A stretch of DNA of 61,992 nucleotides, counting the filler, from Candidatus Zapsychrus exili (GTDB lineage: Bacteria > Omnitrophota > Gorgyraeia > Zapsychrales > Zapsychraceae), in assembly GCA_030765585.1 (NCBI GenBank). It is 6 parts of 6 records of this genome, joined end to end, with 100 filler letters (N's around TTAATTAATTAA, not from the genome) between each part and the next. Parts side by side here need not be neighbours in the genome. Positions count along the whole stretch, not along the records: positions 47,759 to 52,693 come from JAVCCJ010000112.1; positions 52,794 to 59,217 come from JAVCCJ010000095.1; positions 59,318 to 61,992 come from JAVCCJ010000024.1; 3 more parts are not named here. The stretch is one strand, 5' to 3'. The first letter of the stretch is position 1. Each line of letters opens with the position of its first letter. The notes under the pieces are model-generated. The model was given only the letters and a program-made list of their open reading frames with translations. It was not told the DNA's origin and made no database searches. Shown here one piece after another: positions 48,662 through 59,439 of the stretch. A program made the translations under genes and the position numbers.

Positions 48662-51184
48662 TTAAGCTGCAAAAGCATTTAACAGTACGTAATCTTTTAT
48701 ATAATCAACAACGGGGTCTTTCCAGCCATCTAATTCTTTTAAGTCCTTCATTGTAAAACCTGGGTTAGTCTCAAGTCTACCATATTCCTTAGAATTCAAA
48801 ATCTCACGTAATTCAACATCTAAAATATACGCCTTCATAAATTGGCGTATACTATGAATAAACTTATTCTCAGGATGATAAAGAGAGATAAATTTCTCTA
48901 TCTCTTCCTCAAGCAGGTCATCCTTTGTTTTAAATTTCTTAATTCGACCAAATATTTTTTCTAATATCTCTCTTAAGCTTAAACGGCGATCAAGTTTAAC
49001 AGACTTACGAAGTTTATCAAGATTGAAATACTCTTCAGGCTTATCGAAAACCTCTCTCTTAATGTAGCTCTCTGCTTCTTCATACTTGCCTTCATCAATC
49101 TTTTGTTTTATATAATCATCTGATTTTATAACCTCTTCAAATTTCTCAAATAATTTTCTATCAATCTTCATTCCCTCATACCCTATGGGTGTCTCGGCAA
49201 ATTCTTTTAAAGGGTCAAGGCGTGTACTTTCATATTCCTCTGATGGTGGAGGCGGCGGTAGTGGCCCTGGCCCCACTCCTGTTTCCGGAGGCAATTCAAT
49301 TATTTCATCATAGTTAAACTTCTCCTCAAAATACTCACAGTTGGCAAAGAAATCAAAAAGTTTAAATCGCTCCTTCTTTACAAACTCCTTTTCTATTTCT
49401 CCTAGCTCATTTTTTTCTGTAAAAACAAAATCATACTTTCGCGTTCCTCTGCCTTTTATTTGAACAAAGTCTGAAGGTGAAAAAATAGGGCGCAGCAAGC
49501 ACAAGTTCAGGATATCCTCGCAATCATATCCTGTAGTCATCATTCCTACTGTAACGCATACTCTAGTTTTACTAGAATTATAGCCATCTCTAAAAATTGT
49601 ATGGCCATTTAGATTGTTGTTTGAAAAGCTGATTGTCATCTGCTGAGAATCATCAATACGAGATGTTACCTGCACTGCAAAATCAGAATTATATTTCCCT
49701 GGATAAAGCTTATGCGAAAATTCATTCAATATCTGCGTTATCTTTGAAGCATGATCTTGGCTTACGCAAAAGATAATACTTTTGCCTATTTCGCCTGTCA
49801 ATGGATCTTTCAAGGAATTTTCCATAAATACTCTACATAGTGTATGATTAGTTTTCTCGGAAAAGAACTTTCTCTCAAAATCTCGTTGAAAATATGTTTT
49901 TTCTTCCTCTTGACCTTCTTCATTTCGAACTAATACAGAATAACCCATTTCTGATAGTAATTCTGTTGTTATATCTGTTCTAGCATCCGCAACAATAGGA
50001 TTCACCAGAAAATTATCTTTCACGCCATCCAGAAGAGTATATCTAAACGTTGGATTACTTAATTCGCAACCAAAGGTTTTATAGGTATCTAATAACTGCC
50101 GCCGCTCTAATTTGCGCGGATCTCTTTCTGACAATTTCTTTTCATCAACCTTTTTCAAATAATTCTTCGGTGTTGCTGTAAGTCCTAATTTATACCCAGT
50201 AAAATACTCAAAAACCGCTCTGCTGTTCCCCCCGATCGATCTATGCGCCTCATCAGATATAACTAAATCAAAGTCTGTCGGAGAAAATAAATCTTTATAT
50301 TTATTATTAAATAGAAAAGATTGCACTGTAGATATAACAATCTCCGCTTTTTTCCAATCACTCCTATTTTCCTTATAGATTACTGATTTGTAATCATTTT
50401 TCAGATACTTAACAAAGCTCTTCCATGCTTGCACTTCTAATTCTAATCTATCAACCAAGAAAAGTACCCTTTTGGCATTTCCGGTCCTTAGGAATAATTT
50501 AATAATGCCTGCTGCAACAAGGGTTTTTCCTGCTCCTGTTGCCATTTCAAACAAAAATCTGTTTTTATTCTCCTGTGCTGCGTCTTGTAAAGACTTAATA
50601 GCGTTTATCTGGTAATCTCTCAAGAATTTGAGGTTATTATCCTTAATAAAATCATCTCTTTTTGACTCATCTATCCATCTGGGATCACTCTTGTAATCTG
50701 GCTTCTGTGAAATAACAATATAATCCTGATCAATATGCTCGCGGACTAAATTATCAGAATTAGGCATGAAAGACTTTTTGTAGGTTAGTGACTCACAAGT
50801 AGGAAAAGCAGTTATAATATGCGGATTCCCTGTTTCGATATCCCAAAAATAATGAAGCGAGCCATTAGACAGAATCACAAAACGAACATTAAGATTCTTT
50901 GCATATTTGCGGGCCTGCTCCTTCCCATCTAAAGGAGCTTTGTCCTCTCGCTTTGCCTCAAGAACAACAAAAGGGAAACCTTTATCATCTAAAAGGATAT
51001 AATCTGTAAATCCATTTTTTGTTTGCTCAAAATCCTCACCGAGATCATTTAATGCCTGTTCAGTAATTTTAACATTCGTCTCCAAACAAATGTTAGCAGG
51101 TCCTGCATCTGTATCAAAAAAACGCCACCCTGCATCTTCAAGATATTTATTTATTCGTATACGTGCTTTTGCTTCTTTTGACAT
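48662..51184 (-). CDS. hsdR: Type I restriction endonuclease subunit R
   Basis: TDYIL...LEAKR, QARKYA, MATGAGKT, DEAHRS, TATP, TTGYD, QIKGRGTR. Confidence 0.93.
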   Translation of the reverse strand: MSKEAKARIRINKYLEDAGWRFFDTDAGPANICLETNVKITEQALNDLGEDFEQTKNGFTDYILLDDKGFPFVVLEAKREDKAPLDGKEQARKYAKNLNVRFVILSNGSLHYFWDIETGNPHIITAFPTCESLTYKKSFMPNSDNLVREHIDQDYIVISQKPDYKSDPRWIDESKRDDFIKDNNLKFLRDYQINAIKSLQDAAQENKNRFLFEMATGAGKTLVAAGIIKLFLRTGNAKRVLFLVDRLELEVQAWKSFVKYLKNDYKSVIYKENRSDWKKAEIVISTVQSFLFNNKYKDLFSPTDFDLVISDEAHRSIGGNSRAVFEYFTGYKLGLTATPKNYLKKVDEKKLSERDPRKLERRQLLDTYKTFGCELSNPTFRYTLLDGVKDNFLVNPIVADARTDITTELLSEMGYSVLVRNEEGQEEEKTYFQRDFERKFFSEKTNHTLCRVFMENSLKDPLTGEIGKSIIFCVSQDHASKITQILNEFSHKLYPGKYNSDFAVQVTSRIDDSQQMTISFSNNNLNGHTIFRDGYNSSKTRVCVTVGMMTTGYDCEDILNLCLLRPIFSPSDFVQIKGRGTRKYDFVFTEKNELGEIEKEFVKKERFKLFDFFANCEYFEEKFNYDEIIELPPETGVGPGPLPPPPPSEEYESTRLDPLKEFAETPIGYEGMKIDRKLFEKFEEVIKSDDYIKQKIDEGKYEEAESYIKREVFDKPEEYFNLDKLRKSVKLDRRLSLREILEKIFGRIKKFKTKDDLLEEEIEKFISLYHPENKFIHSIRQFMKAYILDVELREILNSKEYGRLETNPGFTMKDLKELDGWKDPVVDYIKDYVLLNAFAA

Positions 51185-51215
51185 AATTTAAATTATCTTC
51201 CTATAACACACTTTT

Positions 51216-51419
51216 CTAGTCATCCAAAAAATATCCTGCAGGTTTTTTAAGTTCTTTTGCTATTTTCATCAGTGTTGCTATTGATGGCATTGATGCACCA
51301 GTTTCATAGCGAGTTATGCTTTTTTGTTTTGCATTGATTTTATTGGCAAGCTGAGTCTGGTTTAAGTCCATTTCTATACGGGCGAGTTTAATCTTTTTAC
51401 CTAATTTCTTAATATTCAT
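51216..51419 (-). CDS. XRE-family HTH regulator (controller-like)
   Basis: KIKLARIEMDLNQTQLA...ITRYETG...PS; directly upstream of hsdR. Confidence 0.88.
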   Translation of the reverse strand: MNIKKLGKKIKLARIEMDLNQTQLANKINAKQKSITRYETGASMPSIATLMKIAKELKKPAGYFLDD

Positions 51420-51461
51420 ATTTTCCTCTTCTATAATATATCCTAATAATATCTATTTACA

Positions 51462-52136
51462 TTAAAGCCTTGTTATATCTATACTATATCCTTGTGATAC
51501 CATTTCCTTTGCCAACAAAGGCCCTACCTCCTGCTGCAAATTATCTTTAAATGGTATATATATTAAACCTTGCATATCTGAAGGGCGCTCCATATTTTCC
51601 TGCTCTTTAAGAAGAATAGCAACTTTTCTTCTTCCGAGGAGAGCTAACAGCATTCCTAATTCTAAAACTACATTTTGCCTAGCTCGGAAAGCTTTCTCGT
51701 CTTGCCGGGTAACTCTATGACCTTCATCATCTGGAGTTGCTAAAATAACAGCATAGTTAACTCTTCCGCTGTACTTTTCCAACTTCTCAATTAAGGTCTG
51801 GCCCTCTGAAGGTAATTGGTCTAAAAATAAAGGTTCTAATTTCCATCGCCTTAGCATTGCTTCTAATTCTGTTCTGGCTGTTGAATCATGGCCATATACA
51901 ACAAATATCTCGTTGCTTGTTTTAGCCGAAGGCTCTGCTAATAAACTCTCTCCTTTTAACAAAGCTTCTATTTCTGGCTTGTTCTTACCCTGAATTTGGA
52001 GCGTTCCGTTATCATATATATTAACAATGGCACCATTCTTCAACTTTAATTGATGCCCAGTATCATTTTTAAGTCGGTCCTGTGCCTCAATTTTAACATC
52101 TGCTTTTTCAAAAATAGATACCACTTGTTTCAACAT
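51462..52136 (-). CDS. TIR-like nucleotide-binding domain protein (CAP12/Pycsar-effector-type TIR)
   Basis: IFVVYGHD, TLIEKLE, AVILATPDD, RARQNVVLELG, PSDMQGLIY. Confidence 0.88.
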   Translation of the reverse strand: MLKQVVSIFEKADVKIEAQDRLKNDTGHQLKLKNGAIVNIYDNGTLQIQGKNKPEIEALLKGESLLAEPSAKTSNEIFVVYGHDSTARTELEAMLRRWKLEPLFLDQLPSEGQTLIEKLEKYSGRVNYAVILATPDDEGHRVTRQDEKAFRARQNVVLELGMLLALLGRRKVAILLKEQENMERPSDMQGLIYIPFKDNLQQEVGPLLAKEMVSQGYSIDITRL

Positions 52137-52167
52137 CTTGCACCTCCAAATAAATATTAAAAAACAC

Positions 52168-52196
52168 TTGACATTATATACCTTTTGAGGTATAAT
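52168..52196 (+). promoter_or_regulatory. Consensus sigma70 promoter with an overlapping palindromic operator
   Basis: TTGACA-N17-TATAAT; TATACCT-TTTG-AGGTATA at 52177-52194. Confidence 0.82.
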
Positions 52197-52273
52197 TTAG
52201 TCATCTGATGGGGTAAAGATAGAAGCTATTTTCGTATACCTTAAACAAGTAATATATACCTTTTTGGGGCTAA

Positions 52274-52459
52274 ATGCAAGTAAAAAGTGTAGAAACTAAA
52301 GTGCAAGATAGAATAAAGATTGCCGGGCCTCCTTTGGATGCTCGCAATGACAAAAGCATTAGGAAGCTATTAGATGTAATCTCTTCTATATTAGCTGATG
52401 AGTATATCCAAATTGCAAAAGAAAATCCTGATGTATTTGAAAACGGAGGCACGAAATGA
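52274..52459 (+). CDS. Small hypothetical protein coupled to the recombinase gene
   Basis: ATGA overlap with the next gene; GGAGG RBS for the recombinase lies in its 3' end. Confidence 0.6.
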   Translation: MQVKSVETKVQDRIKIAGPPLDARNDKSIRKLLDVISSILADEYIQIAKENPDVFENGGTK

Positions 52460-52693
52460 GAGTAGCAATATATGCAAGATACTCCTCTGAGAACCAGAGT
52501 GAAAAAAGCATTGATGATCAGATAAGGGTCTGTAAAGAGTACATTAAAACCAATAATATGACTGTTGATGATAGGCATATCTACGTTGATGAGGCAATGT
52601 CAGGATCTATTATTAATAGGCCAGGATTACAAGCTCTAGAAAAGGATGGCGAAAACAAGGAATTTGAAGCTATGGCAGTAGACGATCTATCAA
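52456..52693 (+). mobile_element. Serine recombinase, N-terminal fragment
   Basis: MRVAIYARYSS, SIDDQ, DEAMSG, RPGL, DDLS. Confidence 0.93.
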
Positions 52694-52869
52694 NNNNNNN
52701 NNNNNNNNNNNNNNNNNNNNNNNNNNNNNNNNNNNNNTTAATTAATTAANNNNNNNNNNNNNNNNNNNNNNNNNNNNNNNNNNNNNNNNNNNNCCAAACT
52801 GGTGAGGCGAAACCCTGTTATTATTCATCCTGGGCGGATACATCGCGTCGTAGCGTTAGCGTAGACGGA

Positions 52870-54396
52870 TTAGAAAGAGACTCCTAATTTACCCCAGAAG
52901 GCGTAGTTGCTTAATGCACTGTTACGTGCTGAATATTCGTATGATGTACCTGCACCTAACATTACTGGGTATTTGCATTTATTGAAGCCGTAGCCTAAGG
53001 CTAGGAATGCTTTGTTTGTTATTTGGGTTGGGGTACGGACTGAATCAAAGTCCAAATCGCCCGTATTGATTGTGGCTACAGCTGTACCAACATCATCCAA
53101 ATTAGTAAAAGCATTTGTTGTATCAAAACCAGGTGCTGCTATTGCATAGGCATTATCAGTCCAACTACCTCTTAATGAAACACTTTCACGACCTCTGACA
53201 TAAAGGTTATATCCTAAGTCAATCACAAAGCTCTTATAACTAAAAGCTAAATCAGCCATAGCCTCAAATATTGCACCCGGTGTTACACGAATATCCCTTG
53301 TAGAAATATTTGCCAAAGGAAAGAGAGCTTTATTTGCGTCATCACTCTGTTGGCCAACAAGATAATATGGGAGGAAAGATGGATCATGTGCTTCATCTAC
53401 AAAATTTGATTTACCAAGCTTCAAACTAAGGGTTCTTTTTTCATTATCTCTAAAGAAGTATTTAAAATCACCAACCATCAAAAGATCTAATTTCCAATTA
53501 CCTTCTTTATAAAGATTCATCTTTGAATCTAAACCAGCTCTAATTGCCCAGTGACCAGCATTGCCATAAATTGGTTCAAAGAGGTATTCACCCTTTGGTT
53601 TATTACTTGTAGGTATTATAAAACCGATATTAACGCCAAAGTGTCTGTATTTATCTCTTAAAAGATCATAACCCAATGTCAAATCAATGTCTGCAACACC
53701 TGTTTTGGTTTTGCTAACATTAATTTTTGCATAGTTTAACTTTTCTTGAAGATTTTCACTATCAGTAGTGCTTTCTGCAAAGTTGCCAGTTAATACATCA
53801 TACAAAGAAACAGTCTGGGAATCTCTTGTAGCTTTTGTATTTACACCAACACTCTTAGGATTAAAGTTATCTTTAACCCCAACAATAGGGAGTTTTGCTT
53901 TAAAATATAATTTATTTAAAAATTTATCTAAGTTCTGATAGTAATAAAAACTTGCATCATAGGTTGTTTGTTCTGGTCCAAATTTTATTTTGTCTGCTAT
54001 TTGATGGTCCGCAAAATCATCATAATTGTGGAATATGAATTCAGCAGGAATATCTCCTACCGTTGTATTTGCAGCAGTTTTGTTATCAACCTTTATAAAA
54101 TCCCTATAATCATTATCTTGCTCAACAAGATGTCCAAAATATCTACCAGTAGGAGCTTGGTTGTCTGACTTGTTATAGAAGCCAACAACTTGTAAATTTG
54201 CTCCCCATAATTTGGTTTTATCAAGTTTTAGATAAATTTGATTATGCCATGTAGAATACTCCATAGGCATATTAGCATCCATATGTCTATAGGTCATAAA
54301 TGTTCTGTCTGAATATTTTGGTGTAGCAAAAATAGATACACAAGAAAATATAACCAACGAGAAAAACAAAATAAAATTCAGAGATTTTATCTTCAT
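52870..54396 (-). CDS. Exported, probable outer-membrane beta-barrel protein
   Basis: Signal peptide; alternating aromatic beta pattern; terminal WGKLGVSF; PKGEYLFEPIYGNAGHW motif. Confidence 0.7.
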   Translation of the reverse strand: MKIKSLNFILFFSLVIFSCVSIFATPKYSDRTFMTYRHMDANMPMEYSTWHNQIYLKLDKTKLWGANLQVVGFYNKSDNQAPTGRYFGHLVEQDNDYRDFIKVDNKTAANTTVGDIPAEFIFHNYDDFADHQIADKIKFGPEQTTYDASFYYYQNLDKFLNKLYFKAKLPIVGVKDNFNPKSVGVNTKATRDSQTVSLYDVLTGNFAESTTDSENLQEKLNYAKINVSKTKTGVADIDLTLGYDLLRDKYRHFGVNIGFIIPTSNKPKGEYLFEPIYGNAGHWAIRAGLDSKMNLYKEGNWKLDLLMVGDFKYFFRDNEKRTLSLKLGKSNFVDEAHDPSFLPYYLVGQQSDDANKALFPLANISTRDIRVTPGAIFEAMADLAFSYKSFVIDLGYNLYVRGRESVSLRGSWTDNAYAIAAPGFDTTNAFTNLDDVGTAVATINTGDLDFDSVRTPTQITNKAFLALGYGFNKCKYPVMLGAGTSYEYSARNSALSNYAFWGKLGVSF

Positions 54397-54580
54397 TCCT
54401 AACTCCTTATAAAAACTCCAACAACATAACGCTACTCTATCTCACAGAATATAATGTAAAACAATTCAACCAAAACCGTCAATAATAAACTAAATAATTT
54501 ATAAAAATAAAATGTTCTTTGGGCAGAAATTTCTTATTCACCTACCCAAAGAACAAATTCTATTCTAAATATAAACTCTC

Positions 54581-56863
54581 CTAATATTTACTTAGCATTC
54601 TGTTTATTCCTGCCACATCACCTGACTTTATTTTCGTAATAATACTATTCATTACAGGCTTATTAATCTTATCTTGTTTTGCAGGAAACTTCTCTAAAGC
54701 TTGCGCAAGCGATATATTATTGGATAACTTTTCCTTAATTTCATTTGAATTAACTTTAGAACTTAATCCAAACTTACTTGCAACTCGTCCAATACTGTCC
54801 ACTATCTTGTCTATCTCTCCTAGATTTTCCTTTTTAACATCTTCTTTACGTTCTTCAAATTTATCTTTAATAACAGCAATAGCACCAACTATTCCCTTAA
54901 CAACAGTCTTAAATTTTTGATCTTCAGGACCTGTACCAAATTCAAGTCTTTTTACTAATTCTGAATATAGTCTTTCAGCCGTCACTCCCTTTTCCACTAA
55001 GTCGTCTGATCCCTTATACTTTATAACCTCACCTAAATCTTTTATACGACCAAAGGTATCATCCGTTGGAGTATTCAGTTCATAAATGGCTTTACCGTGT
55101 AAACCCTCTAGAGCATCCTCAACACCAGTATTTACCATTTGAGCGCCTATTTGATCTTCTTGAAAATATTCCTTGTTATCAACTTGCCTTGCCATAAAAT
55201 ATTTAGCCAACTGATTCATACTTCGGATAATATTAGATTTAACCTTTGAATCTCTTAATGGCTTTCCTTTTGTATCTACTTCTTTTTCAAATTCCTCAAA
55301 ACGCTCAAAAGCACTTTGAAATTGATTATTGTCTACCAACTTTAATATATCAGCCTTTTCCGTCCTAAGTTCGGTAGTAAGGACCAAGTCATCAAATTTA
55401 CCTAAGCGTAATTTTTCACGAATCTTTTCTTTTAATTCATTAACTACAGCATTTTCCTTAACATCCTTGTCCTTTAATCCCCAAATCCCTAAATCGAATC
55501 TAATTTTTTCCGCCTCTGGATCACCTATTTTAAGTCCCAGGAGTCTCACTTGCTTATCATACAACTTCAAATTATAATCACTTAAATCAATCTTAAGTTC
55601 CTCTTTCCAACTTTCTCGACCTGTCTTTAATTCATTTATCTTACCTAACTCTTTTTCTAATTCTTCCTTTGCTGCTACTAATTTCGGGTTCTCTGGCTCA
55701 GCCTGTTTTCTAGCTAAATCAGCTGCTTCTTTTTGCTTTTTAGCTTCTTCTAGACGAGCGTCTCTTTCCTTTTTAACTCGCTCAGAAACCACCTCTCTAG
55801 CCTGATAAGCCTTTTTCAGTTGAGCTTTGCGAGCCACAGTTTTTTCATATAATTCTTCTTTAGGTACTTTTTTACTCTTAAGGACCTCAAGTTCTGCCGT
55901 CTTTGCTGTCACAGCTTTAAACTTAGTACGAGCCTCAATAAACTTTTGAATTTTTGCTATATCATCATCAGAGATATCATATATATCTTCTTTTTCACTC
56001 ACTTCCTGGAAAAATTCTTTTACATCTTTTTTAGGAGCTTCTTTTTCAATTTTCGTTAGTTCTGCTTCGTTATCTTTAATAAACTTTTCAGCGGCTTCAA
56101 GTTCTTTAACTAAAGTTTCTAGTTCTTTTTGGCTAGCTTTAATCCGTGGCCCCAATTTATCCAGTTCTGTTTTTACACTCTTATGCAATTTTGCTTTTGC
56201 CCGGCTCCCTTTTACAAACTTTTGAATAGTTGTAGCAGCCATCGCTCTCAACTTCTCGTCAAATGGCCCCCACAAAATTGCATCTTTGGCATACCCGAGT
56301 TTCCATGTAGTTTTATCATTAAGACTTGTTTGGTCCCAAAGAAATCCATACCAAGCCATAAATTTTGTGCCGAGTTCGGTCAAGTTTTTTTCATCTTTGT
56401 CATAAATTTTTTCACGGAACAACTCGCCAGCGCCGTTTCCACCTATAACTCCATTAAAGGGACCCGATTCTCCGGCAAGCTTTGTAAGTGCATCCTGCAC
56501 ATATTTTTCCATGCCATCAAAAAAAAGTTTTTGTTCCTGGTTTTGCACACCGCCAGCATATGCTGCGGCGAGGTCGAAAATGCATGTTGCCGTTGATTTG
56601 TAGAGGAATTGGAATGCAGGAGATAATTTAGCGAAGTCTGGAATCTTATCAGTTTGAGCTTTTAAAGCTTCGTCAAATTGGCCTCTAAAAGTGTTGACGT
56701 CTGTGATCTGGTCGTTTTTTGCTTCAAGTCCATCCAAAACTGCAATGGCGTACGTAACAACATTGGTTTTATATTCTTTGGGCAACTTAGCCTGCAACCC
56801 AAAAGCAACACCTGCAAAAACGAGCGTAAGCAGAAACAGCTTACTAATACGTGAAAAATTCAT
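54581..56863 (-). CDS. Exported helical/coiled-coil hypothetical protein (~760 aa)
   Basis: Likely start MNFSRISKLFLL at 56863 with GGGAG RBS and a signal peptide. Confidence 0.75.
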   Translation of the reverse strand: MNFSRISKLFLLTLVFAGVAFGLQAKLPKEYKTNVVTYAIAVLDGLEAKNDQITDVNTFRGQFDEALKAQTDKIPDFAKLSPAFQFLYKSTATCIFDLAAAYAGGVQNQEQKLFFDGMEKYVQDALTKLAGESGPFNGVIGGNGAGELFREKIYDKDEKNLTELGTKFMAWYGFLWDQTSLNDKTTWKLGYAKDAILWGPFDEKLRAMAATTIQKFVKGSRAKAKLHKSVKTELDKLGPRIKASQKELETLVKELEAAEKFIKDNEAELTKIEKEAPKKDVKEFFQEVSEKEDIYDISDDDIAKIQKFIEARTKFKAVTAKTAELEVLKSKKVPKEELYEKTVARKAQLKKAYQAREVVSERVKKERDARLEEAKKQKEAADLARKQAEPENPKLVAAKEELEKELGKINELKTGRESWKEELKIDLSDYNLKLYDKQVRLLGLKIGDPEAEKIRFDLGIWGLKDKDVKENAVVNELKEKIREKLRLGKFDDLVLTTELRTEKADILKLVDNNQFQSAFERFEEFEKEVDTKGKPLRDSKVKSNIIRSMNQLAKYFMARQVDNKEYFQEDQIGAQMVNTGVEDALEGLHGKAIYELNTPTDDTFGRIKDLGEVIKYKGSDDLVEKGVTAERLYSELVKRLEFGTGPEDQKFKTVVKGIVGAIAVIKDKFEERKEDVKKENLGEIDKIVDSIGRVASKFGLSSKVNSNEIKEKLSNNISLAQALEKFPAKQDKINKPVMNSIITKIKSGDVAGINRMLSKY

Positions 56864-57063
56864 AATCTCTCCCTTTCTCCTAAAAAAAAACTTCATCTCA
56901 AACACTCTAAAAACACTGGATTTCAGGGTAGCTCCTACCCGTATAATTTGTAAACAATTTTTCGTTTTTTTACTTATTGGGCCAACGAACCTTGTACTTA
57001 GCCAGCAAAAAATATGATATACTAAGCCTGTTATCGTTAATATGTATTTACCGGAGATGTGAT

Positions 57064-58737
57064 ATGAAAAATGTACCAGTAGGTCCAAGTAATTTTAAGA
57101 AATTTATAGAAAAAAATTACTATTTTGTGGATAAAAGTCTTTTTATAAAAGATATAATCACAAATTCAGGAATAGAAGTTATTTTAATCCCTAGACCTCG
57201 CCGATTTGGAAAAACCCTAAATCTTTCTACGCTCAAATATTTTTTTGAGAAAACTACAGATAGCCATAAACATCTCTTTAAAGACTTAAAAATCGCTCAA
57301 GAATCTGATTGCATGAAACACCAAGGGCAATATCCTGTAATATTTATAACTTTCAAAGATATAAAAGAATCTAGCTGGGAAACTTGTTTTAAAAAAATAA
57401 ATGGTATTATTTCTAACGAATTTTTTAAACATAAATATTTATTAGAAACTGACCTAATGTCAAAAAGTCATAAAAATACTTTTAATAATATAATTAACAA
57501 AACAGCAGATCAACATGAATACGAAGATAGTCTTAAAAATTTATCTATGTGGTTATCAAAATATCACAATAAAAAAACTATAATTCTTATAGATGAATAT
57601 GATACCCCAGTAAACGCTGGCTATATTAAAGATTATTATGAAGAAGTTATTGAATTCATGCGTGGACTTTTATGCGGTTGCCTGAAAGATAATTCTGACC
57701 TTGAATTTTCTATTATCACCGGAATCCTTAGAGTAGCAAGAGAATCAATCTTTAGTGGGTTAAATAATTTAAAAGTTTATTCTATTTTAGATGAGACCTA
57801 CTCAGACTACTTTGGATTCCTGGAACAGGAAGTAAAAGATGCATTAAAATACTTTGAACTAAAAAGCAAAATCTCACAAGTTAAAGAATGGTATGATGGC
57901 TATAATTTTGGCAACCATAAAATTTATAACCCTTGGTCTATTGTTAATCTCAGAGAAAGTAAGGGAAAATTTTCTCCCTATTGGATTAACACAAGCGATA
58001 ATGAACTCATAAAAAAGCTAATAGCTCATGGTGACCAAGATTTAAAAGAAGATATAGGAAAAATCATTAAAGGCACACAGAAAAACTTTGTTATAAATGA
58101 TAATGTTGCCTTCACAAATATGCACAAAAGCAATAATGCTGTTTTAAATTTGCTGCTTTTTAGTGGTTATCTGACAGTATCTAACTTTACATACAACAAA
58201 GAAAGAAAAGTCGTACTTGGCAAACTAAAAGTTCCCAATGAAGAGATTTCTAGTCTTTATAGCAATATGATAATGGATTGGTTTGAAGAAAGCATTGGAG
58301 ACAATAAATATAACCGAATGCTTACAAGCCTGGTTTCTGACGATATAGAAGATTTTGAGAATCTTTTTAAAGAATTTGTACTTAAAAGTTTTAGCTACTT
58401 TGATGTTTCAGGAAAAGAACCGGAGAAAGTCTATCACGCCTTTGTTTTGGGGTTAATTGTTGGTCTTGATAAAAATTATCATGTTAAATCAAATAGGGAA
58501 TCTGGCTACGGACGATATGATTTAATGCTCATACCACAAGATACGAGCAAATGGGGTGTGATTATCGAATTTAAAAAAGTTGACGAAAATGGCAATTTAG
58601 TTCGTGCAACAAAAGATGCCCTCAAACAAATCAAAGATAAAAAGTACGCCCAAGAATTAAAAGATCTGGGAATTAAAAAGATCAGATCTTTGGTAATTGC
58701 ATTCAAGGGCAAGAAGGTCTTGATCAGGCAAGCATAA
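57064..58737 (+). CDS. AAA-ATPase-like protein with C-terminal PD-(D/E)xK nuclease
   Basis: YFVDKS, RPRRFGKT, LIDEYD, YNPWS, SNRESGYGRYD...IIEFK; GGAG RBS supports ATG 57064. Confidence 0.93.
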   Translation: MKNVPVGPSNFKKFIEKNYYFVDKSLFIKDIITNSGIEVILIPRPRRFGKTLNLSTLKYFFEKTTDSHKHLFKDLKIAQESDCMKHQGQYPVIFITFKDIKESSWETCFKKINGIISNEFFKHKYLLETDLMSKSHKNTFNNIINKTADQHEYEDSLKNLSMWLSKYHNKKTIILIDEYDTPVNAGYIKDYYEEVIEFMRGLLCGCLKDNSDLEFSIITGILRVARESIFSGLNNLKVYSILDETYSDYFGFLEQEVKDALKYFELKSKISQVKEWYDGYNFGNHKIYNPWSIVNLRESKGKFSPYWINTSDNELIKKLIAHGDQDLKEDIGKIIKGTQKNFVINDNVAFTNMHKSNNAVLNLLLFSGYLTVSNFTYNKERKVVLGKLKVPNEEISSLYSNMIMDWFEESIGDNKYNRMLTSLVSDDIEDFENLFKEFVLKSFSYFDVSGKEPEKVYHAFVLGLIVGLDKNYHVKSNRESGYGRYDLMLIPQDTSKWGVIIEFKKVDENGNLVRATKDALKQIKDKKYAQELKDLGIKKIRSLVIAFKGKKVLIRQA

Positions 58738-58884
58738 AATTGAAGACTAGATATTATATTTCTTGAAAGAGCCCCCTCTGTTAGGTTACTATTTGATTAG
58801 CCTACTACGCAATTGAAATTGCTTCGAAGGCCAGGGGAGTAAATTCGAAACCTATGGGGAAGTTGGGTTAAGGGGACAGGAATA

Positions 58885-59217
58885 ATGAAGTATAAAGTAG
58901 TACCGATCATAAAATTAGTTTGTATCGTATATCTAGCCATCTTTGTTCCACGTTTTGTATGGTTCAAAAGCACAAACAAACCAATCCCCAAAAAAGAACC
59001 GCCTGTAACAATGATTGGAATCCAAAATTTAACAAGCAATAAAACTGACAACTTCAACTGGATAAAAAAGCTAAGGCTAGCACTAGTAAGTGATAAGATA
59101 AGTAATAAGAATAATTTAATTAAAAATGGCTTTAAGGTACAAAAGCTATTTCTAGTAAACAAAAAAAATAAAACCCTACAAGATCTCACCCCAGAAAGTC
59201 TGGCAAATACTGATGCA
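58885..59217 (+). CDS. Hypothetical membrane-anchored protein, truncated
   Basis: N-terminal hydrophobic segment; AGGA RBS; runs into the gap. Confidence 0.5.
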
Positions 59218-59439
59218 NNNNNNNNNNNNNNNNNNNNNNNNNNNNNNNNNNNNNNNNNNNNTTAATTAATTAANNNNNNNNNNNNNNNNNNNNNNNNNNN
59301 NNNNNNNNNNNNNNNNNAAGCTTAAATGATGATGAACTATGGAAGCTAATGGAGTTATCTATTAAAAAAGATACAGTTTAAATAAGCTAATCTGGAGTTA
59401 GTCTGGGTTGGCTTTTTGTAGAAAGGCCAAAGGATTGGG

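Noticed and set aside
29766..59317. Five identical TTAATTAATTAA motifs within N-runs
   Set aside because: Assembly linkers. ORF-track entries extending into them have artificial ends, and adjacency across them is meaningless.
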